NCBI GenBank assembly: GCA_043808175.1
Contig: JAZDFE010000004.1
Location: 21-64,020, forward strand
Length of the DNA stretch: 64,000 bases
Direction: 5' to 3'
From: Candidatus Omnitrophota bacterium
GTDB taxonomy: Bacteria; Omnitrophota; Omnitrophia; Omnitrophales; Aquincolibacteriaceae
Part shown: positions 51,511 to 61,353 of the stretch, piece by piece
Position numbering within the stretch: position 1 is the stretch's first letter
Layout of the letters: every line of letters begins with the position of its first letter
The notes under the pieces: generated by a model
Told to the model about the DNA's origin: nothing
What the model saw: only the letters and a program-made list of their open reading frames with translations
Databases searched by the model: none
Translations under genes and position numbers: made by a program

Positions 51511-52626
51511 TTATACTTCGTTAAACCAAGCGATGGTCCTTTGAAGTCCTTCTTTGAGCCGATACTTGGGTCTGAATCCCGTGACCTTTTTGATCTTGGA
51601 AATGTTCGGACAACGGCGTTTCGGATCGCTTTTGGAATAGACCGCGTGCGGCGGATCGATATGCACGATCTTTACGGGATAAGACATCGCATCGGCGACA
51701 TATTTTGCAAGCCCGGCCACCGAGAGCTCTATCTCAGGATTCCCGATATTGAACGATTCCCCGTTGGCGTCCGAAAAAAGGACACGGAAAAGCATCTCGA
51801 TCGCGTCATTGATGTAGCAGAAAGCGCGTGTATTGCGGCCGTCGCCGTGGATCGGGAGCGGTTCTTTGCGGAGCGCGTGCTCGATAAAGTTCGGCAATAC
51901 CCGATAATCATCCGGACGAATGCCGGGCCCGTACACATTGAAAGGACGCACCATCTTGACCGGAACTCCATAGACGTTCCAGAACGTCTCGCACATGGTC
52001 TCGCCGAAGCGCTTCGATTCGTCATAACAGGCCCGCGGCCCGGTCACGGAAACGTTCCCGCGATATTCTTCGGTGGTGGGCACATGTTTGTTATCGGGAT
52101 CTCCGTAGACCTCGCTTGAACTGGTAAAAAGAAAGCTCTTCACTTTCTTCTCGCGCGCAAGTTCCAACATATTCCGCGTTCCGATCGTCCCGACGTCCAT
52201 CGTCTCGACCGGGAACTTGGTGTAATAGACCGGAGACGCGATCCCCGCGGCATGGATGAGGTAATCGATCTTCTTGTCCGTCTTGAAAGGATCGATGACG
52301 TTATGTTTCTGAAAGGTCAGATGGTCGTCAGAAAAGATCTGCTGTTCATAACCGGTAATGAAATTATCGAGCAGGATCGCGGAAAGCTTTTTCTTGAGAA
52401 CTTCCTTATTGAGATAACGAAGAAGCAGGACAATATAGTTGCCGAGAAACCCCCCCGCCCCCGTGACAAGGAAGGTCTTCCCTTCGAAATGTTTGATCTG
52501 GTCTTTGAGATGTTTGGACAGCTTGACGATATCTTCCCGGATGATCTTCGATTCATAAAGACGCTTGTGATGCGATTGAGCTTTGGACATAAGCTTCCTT
52601 CCTTGGAGATATTTCCATAAATCCAA
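51511..52626 (-). CDS. NAD-dependent epimerase/dehydratase (UDP-glucuronate decarboxylase/UXS-like)
   Basis: The Rossmann motif FLVTGAGGFLGNY and the catalytic YDESKR (YxxxK); 371 aa. Confidence 0.8.
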   Translation of the reverse strand: MDLWKYLQGRKLMSKAQSHHKRLYESKIIREDIVKLSKHLKDQIKHFEGKTFLVTGAGGFLGNYIVLLLRYLNKEVLKKKLSAILLDNFITGYEQQIFSDDHLTFQKHNVIDPFKTDKKIDYLIHAAGIASPVYYTKFPVETMDVGTIGTRNMLELAREKKVKSFLFTSSSEVYGDPDNKHVPTTEEYRGNVSVTGPRACYDESKRFGETMCETFWNVYGVPVKMVRPFNVYGPGIRPDDYRVLPNFIEHALRKEPLPIHGDGRNTRAFCYINDAIEMLFRVLFSDANGESFNIGNPEIELSVAGLAKYVADAMSYPVKIVHIDPPHAVYSKSDPKRRCPNISKIKKVTGFRPKYRLKEGLQRTIAWFNEV

Positions 52627-52678
52627 AAAATGAGTTGTGATTATAGCTCGGTTGGTGTATTAGATTCAATAAACAAAT

Positions 52679-52750
52679 CGCGCAACGGTCAACGTTCAAC
52701 GCGCAAAGTCATTCCTTTCGTTGTGCGTTGCGCTTTGCGCTTTGCGTGCG
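52679..52750. repeat. CAACG/CGTTG-unit hairpin element, copy 1
   Basis: CGCGCAACGGTCAACGTTCAACGCGCAAAG-tcattcc-TTTCGTTGTGCGTTGCGCTTTGCGCTTTGCGTGCG. The left arm matches the left arm of the 54362-54440 element at about 24 of 29 positions. Confidence 0.65.
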
Positions 52751-52752
52751 AT

Positions 52753-53997
52753 ATGGAACCTATTCAAAAATTCATAGAATTCATTCTCAATAGAAAGTGG
52801 TTAGGCATCTTGCTCGTCCTGGGCCTGGCCCTCGGCGTCGGCATCTCCACATTCTACCGCGGCGCCATCAGTCCCAAACAGCGGACGGATCTGACCGTAT
52901 TTCTCATTGCAGGCAAAATGATCGCCGAAGGCCGGGCGAACAACTTATACGGGATCGAGAACAAACGAAGCTGGCATTATGTCTATCTCCCAATCCTGGC
53001 GATCCTCCTGGCCCCGGTCTCGAAATGGCCGCTAGGCGCCACGGTCCCGCTCGCTTACCTCTTGTCACTCGCCTGTCTCGCCGGGACCGTGCTGCTTTCC
53101 AGGCGCTTTCCGGAAAACGCCCGACCTGCACCCTGGCAGATCGCTCTCGCCATGTTCTTCTGCCTCCCCATGTTTCTCAATACCCTTACGCGCGGGCAGT
53201 TCGGGATCATCTCACTTTGTTTTATGGCCGCCATTCTCCACAGCTATCTTACGCGCCGCAAGATCCTGGCAGGTCTTCTCCTCGCGCTTGCGGTAGCACT
53301 CAAGATCAGTCCCCTCGTTTTTCTCGTCTTTTTCTTTTCGATGAAACGGGAATGGAGGATCCTCCTGAGTACGGTCGTAGGCTTCGGCCTTTTCCTTTTC
53401 CTGCTCCCTTCTCTGGCCATCGGTTTTCATCAGAACTGGGAACTCCTGAAGATCTGGCAGGGCCTGATGTCGATCTCTCAATCCGATACCGCTTACCATC
53501 ACTATTTGTGGGGCGAACTTTTCACGCCTTTCGCCGAAGATAATCAATCGTTTTACGCGGTCGTCACCCGCTTCGCTTGGCCGTCCCAAGCGCAATTCAT
53601 CGGCCATTCCAACGCGCTGATCCGTTTCATCACATCGGGCCTCGGACTCATACTGCTCGCGCTTCCATTCTTAAAAGCGCAAAAAACATCCCCGGGTACG
53701 GCGCAGGACCCGTTACGGTCACTCGCGGAATTCTCGCTTTTCCCCATGCTCATGTTGTTCACTTCGCCTGTAACCCAAATTCACCATTACACGGTCGTTT
53801 ATTTTCTCTTCCTCGCCGCCCTCATGATGATGGACCGCGCCCCGCGCGGATCCTGGACCCGCAAATGCCTGGGATTCAGTCTCTGGACCTGCGCGCTTTC
53901 TTTGACGCTGGGAATGATCTTCTCCGTGGCGGGTTATTGGGGAATCCCGCTCTGGGGATCGATGTTCTTGTGGGGAGTGGTTTTTTGTTCTATTTGA
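52753..53997 (+). CDS. Polytopic GT-C-type membrane glycosyltransferase (GT87/DUF2029-like)
   Basis: About 11 predicted TM segments with a pattern resembling DUF2029 mannosyltransferase-like proteins. The start was chosen at MEPIQKF (52753), because the upstream 41 codons of the track ORF read through the CAACG repeat. Confidence 0.55.
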   Translation: MEPIQKFIEFILNRKWLGILLVLGLALGVGISTFYRGAISPKQRTDLTVFLIAGKMIAEGRANNLYGIENKRSWHYVYLPILAILLAPVSKWPLGATVPLAYLLSLACLAGTVLLSRRFPENARPAPWQIALAMFFCLPMFLNTLTRGQFGIISLCFMAAILHSYLTRRKILAGLLLALAVALKISPLVFLVFFFSMKREWRILLSTVVGFGLFLFLLPSLAIGFHQNWELLKIWQGLMSISQSDTAYHHYLWGELFTPFAEDNQSFYAVVTRFAWPSQAQFIGHSNALIRFITSGLGLILLALPFLKAQKTSPGTAQDPLRSLAEFSLFPMLMLFTSPVTQIHHYTVVYFLFLAALMMMDRAPRGSWTRKCLGFSLWTCALSLTLGMIFSVAGYWGIPLWGSMFLWGVVFCSI

Positions 53998-54321
53998 TTA
54001 CAAAAGGCCGAGTTGCAACTTCGCGGCTTCGGTCATGCGGGTCGGGTCCCAGGGCGGGTCAAAGGCGATCACCACCGAGACTTTTTTGACACCCGGAACG
54101 GTCTCGACGCGGCGTTCCACATCTTTTTTGATGAGGTCCCCCATCGGACACATGGGGCTGGTAAATGTCATGCGCACTTCGACTGACTTCTTTCCCTCCG
54201 GAAGTTCCTCGATCTTAAAGTCATAAATAAGCCCCAGCTCCACGATATTGACCGGGATCTCATAGTCGTAACAAAGCCGTAACTGGTCCCAGATCTGTTC
54301 TTCGAGTGTTTTATCAGCCAC
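53998..54321 (-). CDS. DUF59/MIP18-family Fe-S assembly protein (SufT-like)
   Basis: YDYEIPVNIVELGLIY...FTSPMCPMG...V: the typical DUF59 pattern, at the distal end of the suf operon. Confidence 0.8.
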   Translation of the reverse strand: MADKTLEEQIWDQLRLCYDYEIPVNIVELGLIYDFKIEELPEGKKSVEVRMTFTSPMCPMGDLIKKDVERRVETVPGVKKVSVVIAFDPPWDPTRMTEAAKLQLGLL

Positions 54322-54361
54322 TTTTCACCTTTTTCAACTGAAGAAGCAATATATATTAACT

Positions 54362-54440
54362 GAGCGCAACGCTCAACGGGCAACGCTCAACGTTAAAATT
54401 CGAGAAAATTCGTTGCGCGTTGTGCGTAGTACGTTGTGCG
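54362..54440. repeat. CAACG/CGTTG-unit hairpin element, copy 2
   Basis: GAGCGCAACGCTCAACGGGCAACGCTCAACG-ttaaaattcgagaaaatt-CGTTGCGCGTTGTGCGTAGTACGTTGTGCG, lying between sufU and the sufT-like gene. Confidence 0.65.
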
Positions 54441-54447
54441 AAAGCTA

Positions 54448-54903
54448 TTATTCCGTCGTAACCTGCTTCCCCGTGGGCTCTAAACACTCAAGCATGGTGT
54501 GCCAGGCGAGTGAAGCGCATTTGACACGCGATGGAAATTCACACACACCGCCGAGCGTCGCGAGCTTCCCGACCTTCGCCGCGTCGAACGGTTCGCCCAT
54601 CCCGCGGGAGAGCATCTTATGGACCTCTTCAAAAAGAGCCTTGGCTTCCCCGCGCGTTTTCCCTTTGAGGACGGAGGTCATCATTGAAGCGGAGGACTTC
54701 GAGATCGCGCATCCCGAGCCGTCAAAGCTGATGTCTTTGATCCTGTCCCCTTCCATCTTGATGTAAACCTTGAAATGGTCGCCGCAAAGAGGGTTATAGC
54801 CTTCCACCGTCCGGTCGGCGTCCGTCATCGCGTGAAAATTCCGGGGATTTTTGTTGTGATCCATGATCATTTGCTGATAAAGCTCGCGAACATCCCCGTT
54901 CAC
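54448..54903 (-). CDS. sufU: SufU/IscU-like Fe-S scaffold / sulfur acceptor
   Basis: The three conserved Cys contexts [13 protein letters not shown] and CASLAW; 151 aa. Confidence 0.85.
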   Translation of the reverse strand: MNGDVRELYQQMIMDHNKNPRNFHAMTDADRTVEGYNPLCGDHFKVYIKMEGDRIKDISFDGSGCAISKSSASMMTSVLKGKTRGEAKALFEEVHKMLSRGMGEPFDAAKVGKLATLGGVCEFPSRVKCASLAWHTMLECLEPTGKQVTTE

Positions 54904-56132
54904 CGGAACACCTCTGTCACTTCATGGAGCGCCGCGACCAAACGGTCGATTTCTTCCTTCGTATTATAAAAAGCAAGCGACGCGCGCGTCGTGGCCGGCA
55001 CATTAAAACGCTGCATCACAGGCATGGCGCAATGATGGCCCGCGCGGATGGCGATCCCCTGGCGGTCCAGGATCGTCCCGATATCATGTGCGTGAGCGTC
55101 CCCAAGCACGAAGGAAAGAATGGCGGATTTATGCTTCGCGGTCCCGATCAACCGGAGGCCCGGGACCTGTAAAAGCTTTTCGGTCCCGTACTGTAAGAGC
55201 TCTTGTTCATACGCCTCGATCCGTTCGAGCCCGATCGAGCCGATATAATCGATCGCCACGCCAAGCCCGATCACACCCGCGATATGTGGCGTGCCGGCCT
55301 CGAATTTGTACGGCAGGTCGTTATAGGTAGTTTTTTCAAATGCTACGGAACGGATCATGTCGCCACCGCCCTGATAAGGCGGCATCTTCTCCAGGAATTC
55401 TTTTTTTCCATAAAGCATTCCGATCCCCGTGGGGCCCAGAAGTTTATGCCCGGAAAAGGCGTAAAAGTCGCAATCGAGGTCCTGAACATTCACGGGAGTA
55501 TGCGCCACCGCTTGAGCGCCGTCGAGCAGCACGGGAATCCCTTGCGCATGCGCGAGGCGCACGATCTCTTTGACCGGATTGATCGTGCCAAGCGCGTTCG
55601 AAACATGAACGACGGATACGAACTTCACTTTATCTGTAAGAAGTCTTTTGAAATCTTCCAGAATGAGTTCGCCTTGATCATTGATGGGAGCCACCTTGAG
55701 CTTAACGCCGGCCTCCTCGCCCAGCATCTGCCAGGGGACGATATTGGAATGATGCTCCATGTGCGTGATAAGGACCTCGTCATCCGCTTTGAGAAAAGTC
55801 CGACCATAGCACTGGGCCACGAGATTGATCGCTTCCGTGGCCCCGCGAACAAAAATGATCTCTTTATCCGATGCGGCGCCGATGAATTCCTGAACCTTGT
55901 GACGCGCGCTTTTGTAACGCTTGGTCGCCTGCTCGCTTAGGCAGAAAATGCCCCGGTGGATATTCGCATTCTCCCTGGAGTAATATTGCGTCAGGGTATC
56001 GATCACAACCTGGGGCTTTTGTGTCGTCGCGGCATTATCAAGATATGTGAGCGGTTTGCCATAGACCTGCTCCCGGAGGATCGGAAAATCTTTTCTGATC
56101 TTTTCTACGTTAAAATCTTCCATAGGCGTCAC
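54900..56132 (-). CDS. sufS: Cysteine desulfurase, SufS type
   Basis: PLP-lysine [13 protein letters not shown] and catalytic cysteine RAGHHCA; 410 aa. Confidence 0.9.
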   Translation of the reverse strand: MTPMEDFNVEKIRKDFPILREQVYGKPLTYLDNAATTQKPQVVIDTLTQYYSRENANIHRGIFCLSEQATKRYKSARHKVQEFIGAASDKEIIFVRGATEAINLVAQCYGRTFLKADDEVLITHMEHHSNIVPWQMLGEEAGVKLKVAPINDQGELILEDFKRLLTDKVKFVSVVHVSNALGTINPVKEIVRLAHAQGIPVLLDGAQAVAHTPVNVQDLDCDFYAFSGHKLLGPTGIGMLYGKKEFLEKMPPYQGGGDMIRSVAFEKTTYNDLPYKFEAGTPHIAGVIGLGVAIDYIGSIGLERIEAYEQELLQYGTEKLLQVPGLRLIGTAKHKSAILSFVLGDAHAHDIGTILDRQGIAIRAGHHCAMPVMQRFNVPATTRASLAFYNTKEEIDRLVAALHEVTEVFR

Positions 56133-56145
56133 TCATTCACCTTTT

Positions 56146-57462
56146 TTATGAACGGCTGCACAGCTGTTGTGTTAGTTTCTCATTCACAAGTTCTACTAAG
56201 GTTTCTTTCATAAAGCCCAAACTCGAACGTTCGATCACTTCCCGGGCAAAACCCTGGGCCAGCATATGCCCGGCCTCTTTTTCACCGATCCCCCGGGAAC
56301 GCAAATAAAAAAGTGCGTCTTCCTGAAGCTGGCCGACGGCCGCGCCGTGACCGCATTTAACATCATCGGCGAGGATCTCAAGCTGGGGCTGCGTATCGAC
56401 CTTTGCGGTATCCGAAAGAAGCAGGTTCTTGTTGGTCTGATGAGCGTCGGTCCTCTGGGCGTCCTGGCGCACCATGACCTGCCCGTGAAAAACCCCCCGG
56501 GAATTCCCGGCCAAAAGCCCCTTGAAAAATTGACTGCTTTTTCCGTCCGGTTTCTGATGGTCCACAAAAGTCCGATGATCCAGCACCTGATCCCCGTCGC
56601 CCAGATAAAGCCCGTTCAGTTCGCAGGATACGAGTTCCGCCGCCAGCATGACGCGACAATCATTTCGCATCAAACGGGACCCGGTCGAAAGCGCGAACGA
56701 GACGAAGGAACTCCCGCGGCGCTGGACCACTTGCGTCGTCGCGATGTGAAAAGCCTCGGGACCCTCCCTCTGGACCTTGCAATGTTCCATCTGGGCACCC
56801 TCCTCAAGAATAATCTCCGTCACAGCGTTCGTGAAATAACTTTTTCCGTTTCCTGCCGCATAGGTTTCCACGATGGCTGCCTTGCTCTTTTTCCCGGCCA
56901 CAATGAGATTCCGCACCTGGAACACACTTGAACCTCTTGAAGCATGCGCTAGGAATACGATATGCATCGGTTCTTTTACGATGAAGTTCTCGGGTATGCG
57001 GATAAAAAGACCCTGCTTGAATAGACCGGCATTCAAGTCCGAAAAAGCGTTGTTCCCGGAAGTAGCACGCCGGCCCAGGTGAGGCTCCACGAGATCGGAG
57101 CGTGAAACGATCGCCTCCGCAAGGTCTGTTACCTCAATCCCTTCTTCGACCGAGGAATGTCCGCGCAAGAATCTTCCGTTCACCACCAGTAAAAAGTTTG
57201 GGCCGCTTTGCCGTTTCAACGCCTCGACAGTTTCAGGGGACAGTTCCGGGGACGCTACATCGAGATCCCATGAGGCCTCCCGGATCGCTGTTACATTTGT
57301 ATACCGCCACGCATCGTCTTTTATCGTCGGAAATCCTTGTTTGACAAATGAAGACATCGCCTCTTCACGCAGACGGAGAAGCCATGATGGCTCGGAATTC
57401 GCGTTTGCCTTCACGTGCTCAAAGGCTTTTAAATATCTGTCCGTTGTTTTGTTTTCAGTCAT
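56146..57462 (-). CDS. sufD: Fe-S cluster assembly protein SufD
   Basis: SufBD-family beta-helix pattern, positioned between sufC and sufS; 438 aa. Confidence 0.85.
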   Translation of the reverse strand: MTENKTTDRYLKAFEHVKANANSEPSWLLRLREEAMSSFVKQGFPTIKDDAWRYTNVTAIREASWDLDVASPELSPETVEALKRQSGPNFLLVVNGRFLRGHSSVEEGIEVTDLAEAIVSRSDLVEPHLGRRATSGNNAFSDLNAGLFKQGLFIRIPENFIVKEPMHIVFLAHASRGSSVFQVRNLIVAGKKSKAAIVETYAAGNGKSYFTNAVTEIILEEGAQMEHCKVQREGPEAFHIATTQVVQRRGSSFVSFALSTGSRLMRNDCRVMLAAELVSCELNGLYLGDGDQVLDHRTFVDHQKPDGKSSQFFKGLLAGNSRGVFHGQVMVRQDAQRTDAHQTNKNLLLSDTAKVDTQPQLEILADDVKCGHGAAVGQLQEDALFYLRSRGIGEKEAGHMLAQGFAREVIERSSLGFMKETLVELVNEKLTQQLCSRS

Positions 57463-57526
57463 ATTTTTTCACTTTCGCTCATCGGGTAACGGGTGACGCA
57501 TGCCTTCGACATTAACCGTTCTCCGC

Positions 57527-58273
57527 TTACCGGTCTTCCTTCACCCACTCATATCCTTTTTCTTCAAGCTTGAACGCGAGATCTCGAGCGCCCGACATCA
57601 CGATCTTCCCGCCCATAAGCACATGCACATGGTCCGGTGTAATGTAGTTGAGCATTCTCTGATAATGGGTCACGAGCAGGATCGCACGACCGGGATTGCG
57701 CATCTTGTCCACCCCGCCCGCAACGATCTTGAGCGCATCAATGTCAAGACCGGAATCAGTTTCATCCAGGATGGCGAGCTTCGGCTCCAGCACAGCCATC
57801 TGAAGGATCTCGTTGCGTTTTTTCTCGCCCCCGGAGAATCCTTCGTTCACGGGACGGTTCAGGAAGCTCTCGTCCATTTCCACGATCTTCATCTTTTCTT
57901 TCAGAAATTCCAGGAACTCCATGGCGTCGAGCTCCTCGAGCCCCCGCGCTTTCCGTGTCTCATTCACGGCGGATTTCAGGAAGTAAGCGTTATTCACCCC
58001 CGGGATATCGATCGGATATTGGAACGCAAGGAAAACGCCCTGACGCGCCCGTTCCTCGATCGCCATTTGAAAAAGATTTTTTCCTTCGTAAGTGGCGCTG
58101 CCGCGCGTCACGACATACGACGGGTGACCGGCCAGCACGCGCGTCAGCGTGCTTTTTCCGGAGCCGTTCGGCCCCATGATGGCGTGCACTTCCCCGGCCT
58201 TGACCGTGAGATCGATCCCTTTCAGGATCTCCACTCCCTCTACGCTGACATGTAAGTCTTTAATTTCTAGCAT
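57527..58273 (-). CDS. sufC: Fe-S cluster assembly ATPase SufC
   Basis: Walker A GPNGSGKST, signature FSGGEKKR, and Walker B LAILDETDSGLD. Confidence 0.92.
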   Translation of the reverse strand: MLEIKDLHVSVEGVEILKGIDLTVKAGEVHAIMGPNGSGKSTLTRVLAGHPSYVVTRGSATYEGKNLFQMAIEERARQGVFLAFQYPIDIPGVNNAYFLKSAVNETRKARGLEELDAMEFLEFLKEKMKIVEMDESFLNRPVNEGFSGGEKKRNEILQMAVLEPKLAILDETDSGLDIDALKIVAGGVDKMRNPGRAILLVTHYQRMLNYITPDHVHVLMGGKIVMSGARDLAFKLEEKGYEWVKEDR

Positions 58274-58301
58274 TTATTCCTCCTCTAATAACTGTAAGAA
58301 C

Positions 58302-58349
58302 CATGTACCACGAGCCACGCACCACGTGGATCGTGCATCGTGGACCGTG
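58302..58349. repeat. CCACG/CGTGG-unit imperfect palindrome (sufB-sufC spacer)
   Basis: CATGTACCACGAGCCACGCACCACG|TGGATCGTGCATCGTGGACCGTG is centred on CCACGTGG (58322-58329). About 18 of 25 positions of each arm are complementary. Confidence 0.55.
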
Positions 58350-58357
58350 TCATCCAT

Positions 58358-59794
58358 TTACCCGACGCTTCCTTCCAAGGTTACGTTCATCAACCTCTGG
58401 GCCTCGACGGCAAATTCCATTGGCAGATTTTTGAACACTTCTTTACAGAATCCGTGAACGATCATGGAGATGGCATTTTCCGTAGACATGCCGCGCTGCC
58501 GGCAATAAAAAAGCTGATCTTCGTTGATCCGGGAAGTCGTAGCCTCGTGTTCGGCGCACGAGGTCCGGTTGTTGACCTCAAGTGTCGGGAATGTATTCGC
58601 GCTGCAGCGGTCCCCCATCAAAAGCGAGTCGCACTGTGTGTAATTGCGAGAACCCGCGGCGCGCGGCGCCATCTTCACCAGCCCCCGGTAAGTGTTCTTT
58701 CCGGACCGTGCGGAAATCCCCTTGGAAATGATCGTGCTTTTTGTATGCTTCCCAAGATGGATCATCTTGGTCCCGGTGTCGGCCTGTTGGTGATTGTTGA
58801 CCACGGCCACCGAATAAAACTCTCCGGTCGAATGATCGCCTTGCAGGACACAACTCGGATATTTCCATGTGATCGCGGAGCCGGTCTCAACCTGTGTCCA
58901 TGAGATCTTGGAATGCGCCCCCTGACAAAGCCCGCGTTTCGTCACAAAGTTATAGATGCCGCCTTTGCCTTCCTTGTCTCCGGCGTACCAATTCTGCACG
59001 GTCGAATACTTGATCGAGGCCTTTTCATGCGCCACAAGCTCGACCACCGCGGCGTGAAGCTGGTTTTTGTCGCGGATCGGCGCGGTGCAACCCTCGAGAT
59101 AGCTCACAAAACTTCCCTCGTCCGCCACGATCAGGGTCCGCTCGAATTGGCCCGTATCCATGGCATTGATGCGGAAGTAGGTGGAAAGTTCCATCGGGCA
59201 GCGTACACCTTTCGGGATATAACAAAAAGAGCCGTCACTGAAGACCGCCGAATTAAGGGCGGCAAAAAAATTATCCTTCACCGGCACCACGGAACCCAGA
59301 TATTTTTTCACCAGTTCCGAATGCTCGCGCACCGCCTCCGAAAAAGAGCAGAAGATGATCCCGTATTCTTTGAGCTTCGCCTTGTAGGTCGTCGCGACCG
59401 AAACGCTATCAAAGACCGCGTCTACGGCCACACCCGCGAGTAGCTTCTGCTCCTCGAGCGGGATCCCGAGCTTCTCGTAGGTCTTGAGGATCTCCTGATC
59501 CACGTCAGCAAGACTTTGAGGGCCGTTCCTTTTTTGCTTCGGCGCGGAATAATAGATAATGTTCTGATAATCGATCTTGGGATAACGGACGCTCGACCAG
59601 TCAGGCTCTTTTATTTTAAGCCACTTGCGGTAAGCGGCGAGCCGCCACTCGAGCATGAAGACGGGTTCGTTCTTCTTTTTGGAAATGAAACGGATCGTAT
59701 CCTCGCTCAAGCCCCGTGGCGCGGCGTCCGATTCGACCGGGGTCACGAACCCATAAGCATAATCCTTAGGTAAAAAAGACCCCGCGTCCGTCAT
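58358..59794 (-). CDS. sufB: Fe-S cluster assembly scaffold SufB
   Basis: Full-length SufB pattern (478 aa), ending with an ATGA-type overlap to the upstream Rrf2 gene region. Confidence 0.92.
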   Translation of the reverse strand: MTDAGSFLPKDYAYGFVTPVESDAAPRGLSEDTIRFISKKKNEPVFMLEWRLAAYRKWLKIKEPDWSSVRYPKIDYQNIIYYSAPKQKRNGPQSLADVDQEILKTYEKLGIPLEEQKLLAGVAVDAVFDSVSVATTYKAKLKEYGIIFCSFSEAVREHSELVKKYLGSVVPVKDNFFAALNSAVFSDGSFCYIPKGVRCPMELSTYFRINAMDTGQFERTLIVADEGSFVSYLEGCTAPIRDKNQLHAAVVELVAHEKASIKYSTVQNWYAGDKEGKGGIYNFVTKRGLCQGAHSKISWTQVETGSAITWKYPSCVLQGDHSTGEFYSVAVVNNHQQADTGTKMIHLGKHTKSTIISKGISARSGKNTYRGLVKMAPRAAGSRNYTQCDSLLMGDRCSANTFPTLEVNNRTSCAEHEATTSRINEDQLFYCRQRGMSTENAISMIVHGFCKEVFKNLPMEFAVEAQRLMNVTLEGSVG

Positions 59795-60255
59795 GGCTTC
59801 TTCCTCGAAACTGCCGCAAGCTCCGGTTCCTGCGCCGGACCCATCACATCTTCGGCGATCATCTTCAGCGTAATGGCCCGGTAAAGTTCATCCAGGGTTT
59901 TTTGCGTCTTGTACCAGACCGGTTTCAATTTACACAATGAAAAATGAGTGCAGACAATGCTCTTTCGGTGTTTGATATCACAAAAGGCCTCGAAGGTGCT
60001 TCCTTCCAAAGCCTCGATGATCTCTTTGAGGGTGATCTCATCAGACGGCCGGGTCAAGGCCCACCCACCCTTGTTTCCCTGTTGGGAAGTTGTAATACCG
60101 GCCCGCCTCAGCCCTTGCAGGATCTTCTCCGTAAAGGTCACCGAAAACCCCTCCTCTACGGCGATCTCCTTGGCAGTACTGGCCCCCGGCCAAAGCTTCT
60201 TGGCCATATGCGCCAAGCAAATCACTCCATATTCCGTTTTCGTGGTGTACCGCAC
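59791..60255 (-). CDS. Rrf2-family transcriptional regulator (IscR/SufR-like), GTG start
   Basis: The N-terminal w[23 protein letters not shown] and three C-terminal cysteines (C-x9-C-x5-C) that could ligate an Fe-S cluster. An SD GGGGGAG lies upstream of the GTG. Confidence 0.85.
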   Translation of the reverse strand: MRYTTKTEYGVICLAHMAKKLWPGASTAKEIAVEEGFSVTFTEKILQGLRRAGITTSQQGNKGGWALTRPSDEITLKEIIEALEGSTFEAFCDIKHRKSIVCTHFSLCKLKPVWYKTQKTLDELYRAITLKMIAEDVMGPAQEPELAAVSRKKP

Positions 60256-60292
60256 AAGCTCCCCCTACCTTTCCGCTTTACTCTTACCTAGG

Positions 60293-60321
60293 ATTATAAC
60301 AAACCAGACTGTTTCTGTCCA
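60293..60321 (-). promoter_or_regulatory. Candidate promoter of the Rrf2-suf operon
   Basis: The minus strand reads TGGACA (60321..60316), a 17-nt spacer, then TATAAT (60298..60293), about 40 nt upstream of the GTG start. Confidence 0.55.
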
Positions 60322-60382
60322 GTTCGAGCGCCTTTTAAATATGCTCTCTAACTGGTTGGAGATCAATGGGTTGGGGTAATCT

Positions 60383-60769
60383 TTAGGGCTTGCGAAAAAA
60401 AAGATTTTTCAAAAAACTCTTCCCATCGCTTTCTGGAACGAAGCTCTTGGACTGAATGACTTTGACCGTGATACGAATGCCATTTCCCCAAGGCCAAAGG
60501 AGAGCACACTCGGAATGATCTCCGTCCTGGCGAAAATACATCGTCTGATCCTTGCGGATCCCTCCGTAGGATTCGGCACGCCGGTTCGCCTCTCCCGAGG
60601 GCAACTGGCCTTCAGGCTTGAGCGGCGGACCGAAATAAGCTGTCAGGATCTTATGCAAAGGATCAAGATCGGCCTTGGCGATCACGGCTTCAAAATATTC
60701 TTCTCTCTGAGCGCGCAACTCTTCGATCCTGAGGGTCTGGATCTCGACAAGAAAATCCAGGAATGTCAT
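60383..60769 (-). CDS. Hypothetical protein (128 aa)
   Basis: A track ORF with a 4-nt overlap to the upstream gene. No motif recognised. Confidence 0.45.
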   Translation of the reverse strand: MTFLDFLVEIQTLRIEELRAQREEYFEAVIAKADLDPLHKILTAYFGPPLKPEGQLPSGEANRRAESYGGIRKDQTMYFRQDGDHSECALLWPWGNGIRITVKVIQSKSFVPESDGKSFLKNLFFRKP

Positions 60770-61353
60770 ACCGGTTTCCGCGGGGGTATTGGCTTCGCCG
60801 CATCGAACCGGAGCGTACGCATGACGGCAAGAAACGACGGATAGGTCAAAGCAAACCCGTCTTCCGTGTCCTTGAACGTGATGGAAAAAAGTTTGCCTTG
60901 GTGGATCAGGATATAATTGATGTACTTGGCGGGGAGCTTGCCTTCCATGGTTCTTTTGAACTCACCCGGCTTCAGCGTATAAATGCAAAACTTCGCTTTT
61001 TCCCCGCCGAGAAGTGTGACGTTCTGTGTTCGGATATCGATGGACCCGAATTCCGGGCTAAAAAGATCTTCCCATGTCAACTGTTCAATCGTTTTAACTT
61101 CATCGAGATTTCTTTCGGTGATATGGAATGTGGCCAAAGTCCCTTTCTTCCCGTAAGAAACCACCACGTCCTGGAACGGAAGCGGCAGTTCGATCCAATC
61201 CTGCGAAGGTTCGATCGAGAATCCTCTCGACGGAGCTTCAACTTTCTCCGCGCGAAGAAAGTGAACGGGAAGTATTGCAAGTAAAACGATCAAGAGAACG
61301 AGCGCCTTGCGTAACAATCTAATCGATCTCGTTGATGGAAAGGATGCGGTCAA
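60766..61353 (-). CDS. Hypothetical secreted protein (signal peptide)
   Basis: The N-terminal LLRKALVLLIVLLAILPVHFLRAE is signal-like. No catalytic motif recognised. Confidence 0.5.
   Translation of the reverse strand: MTASFPSTRSIRLLRKALVLLIVLLAILPVHFLRAEKVEAPSRGFSIEPSQDWIELPLPFQDVVVSYGKKGTLATFHITERNLDEVKTIEQLTWEDLFSPEFGSIDIRTQNVTLLGGEKAKFCIYTLKPGEFKRTMEGKLPAKYINYILIHQGKLFSITFKDTEDGFALTYPSFLAVMRTLRFDAAKPIPPRKPV

Noticed and set aside
41851-58349. Short repeated units in spacers as a possible CRISPR array or tandem-repeat locus.
   Set aside because: The units are 5-7 nt and degenerate, and they are arranged as inverted arms within single spacers. There is no repeat-spacer periodicity and no cas genes.
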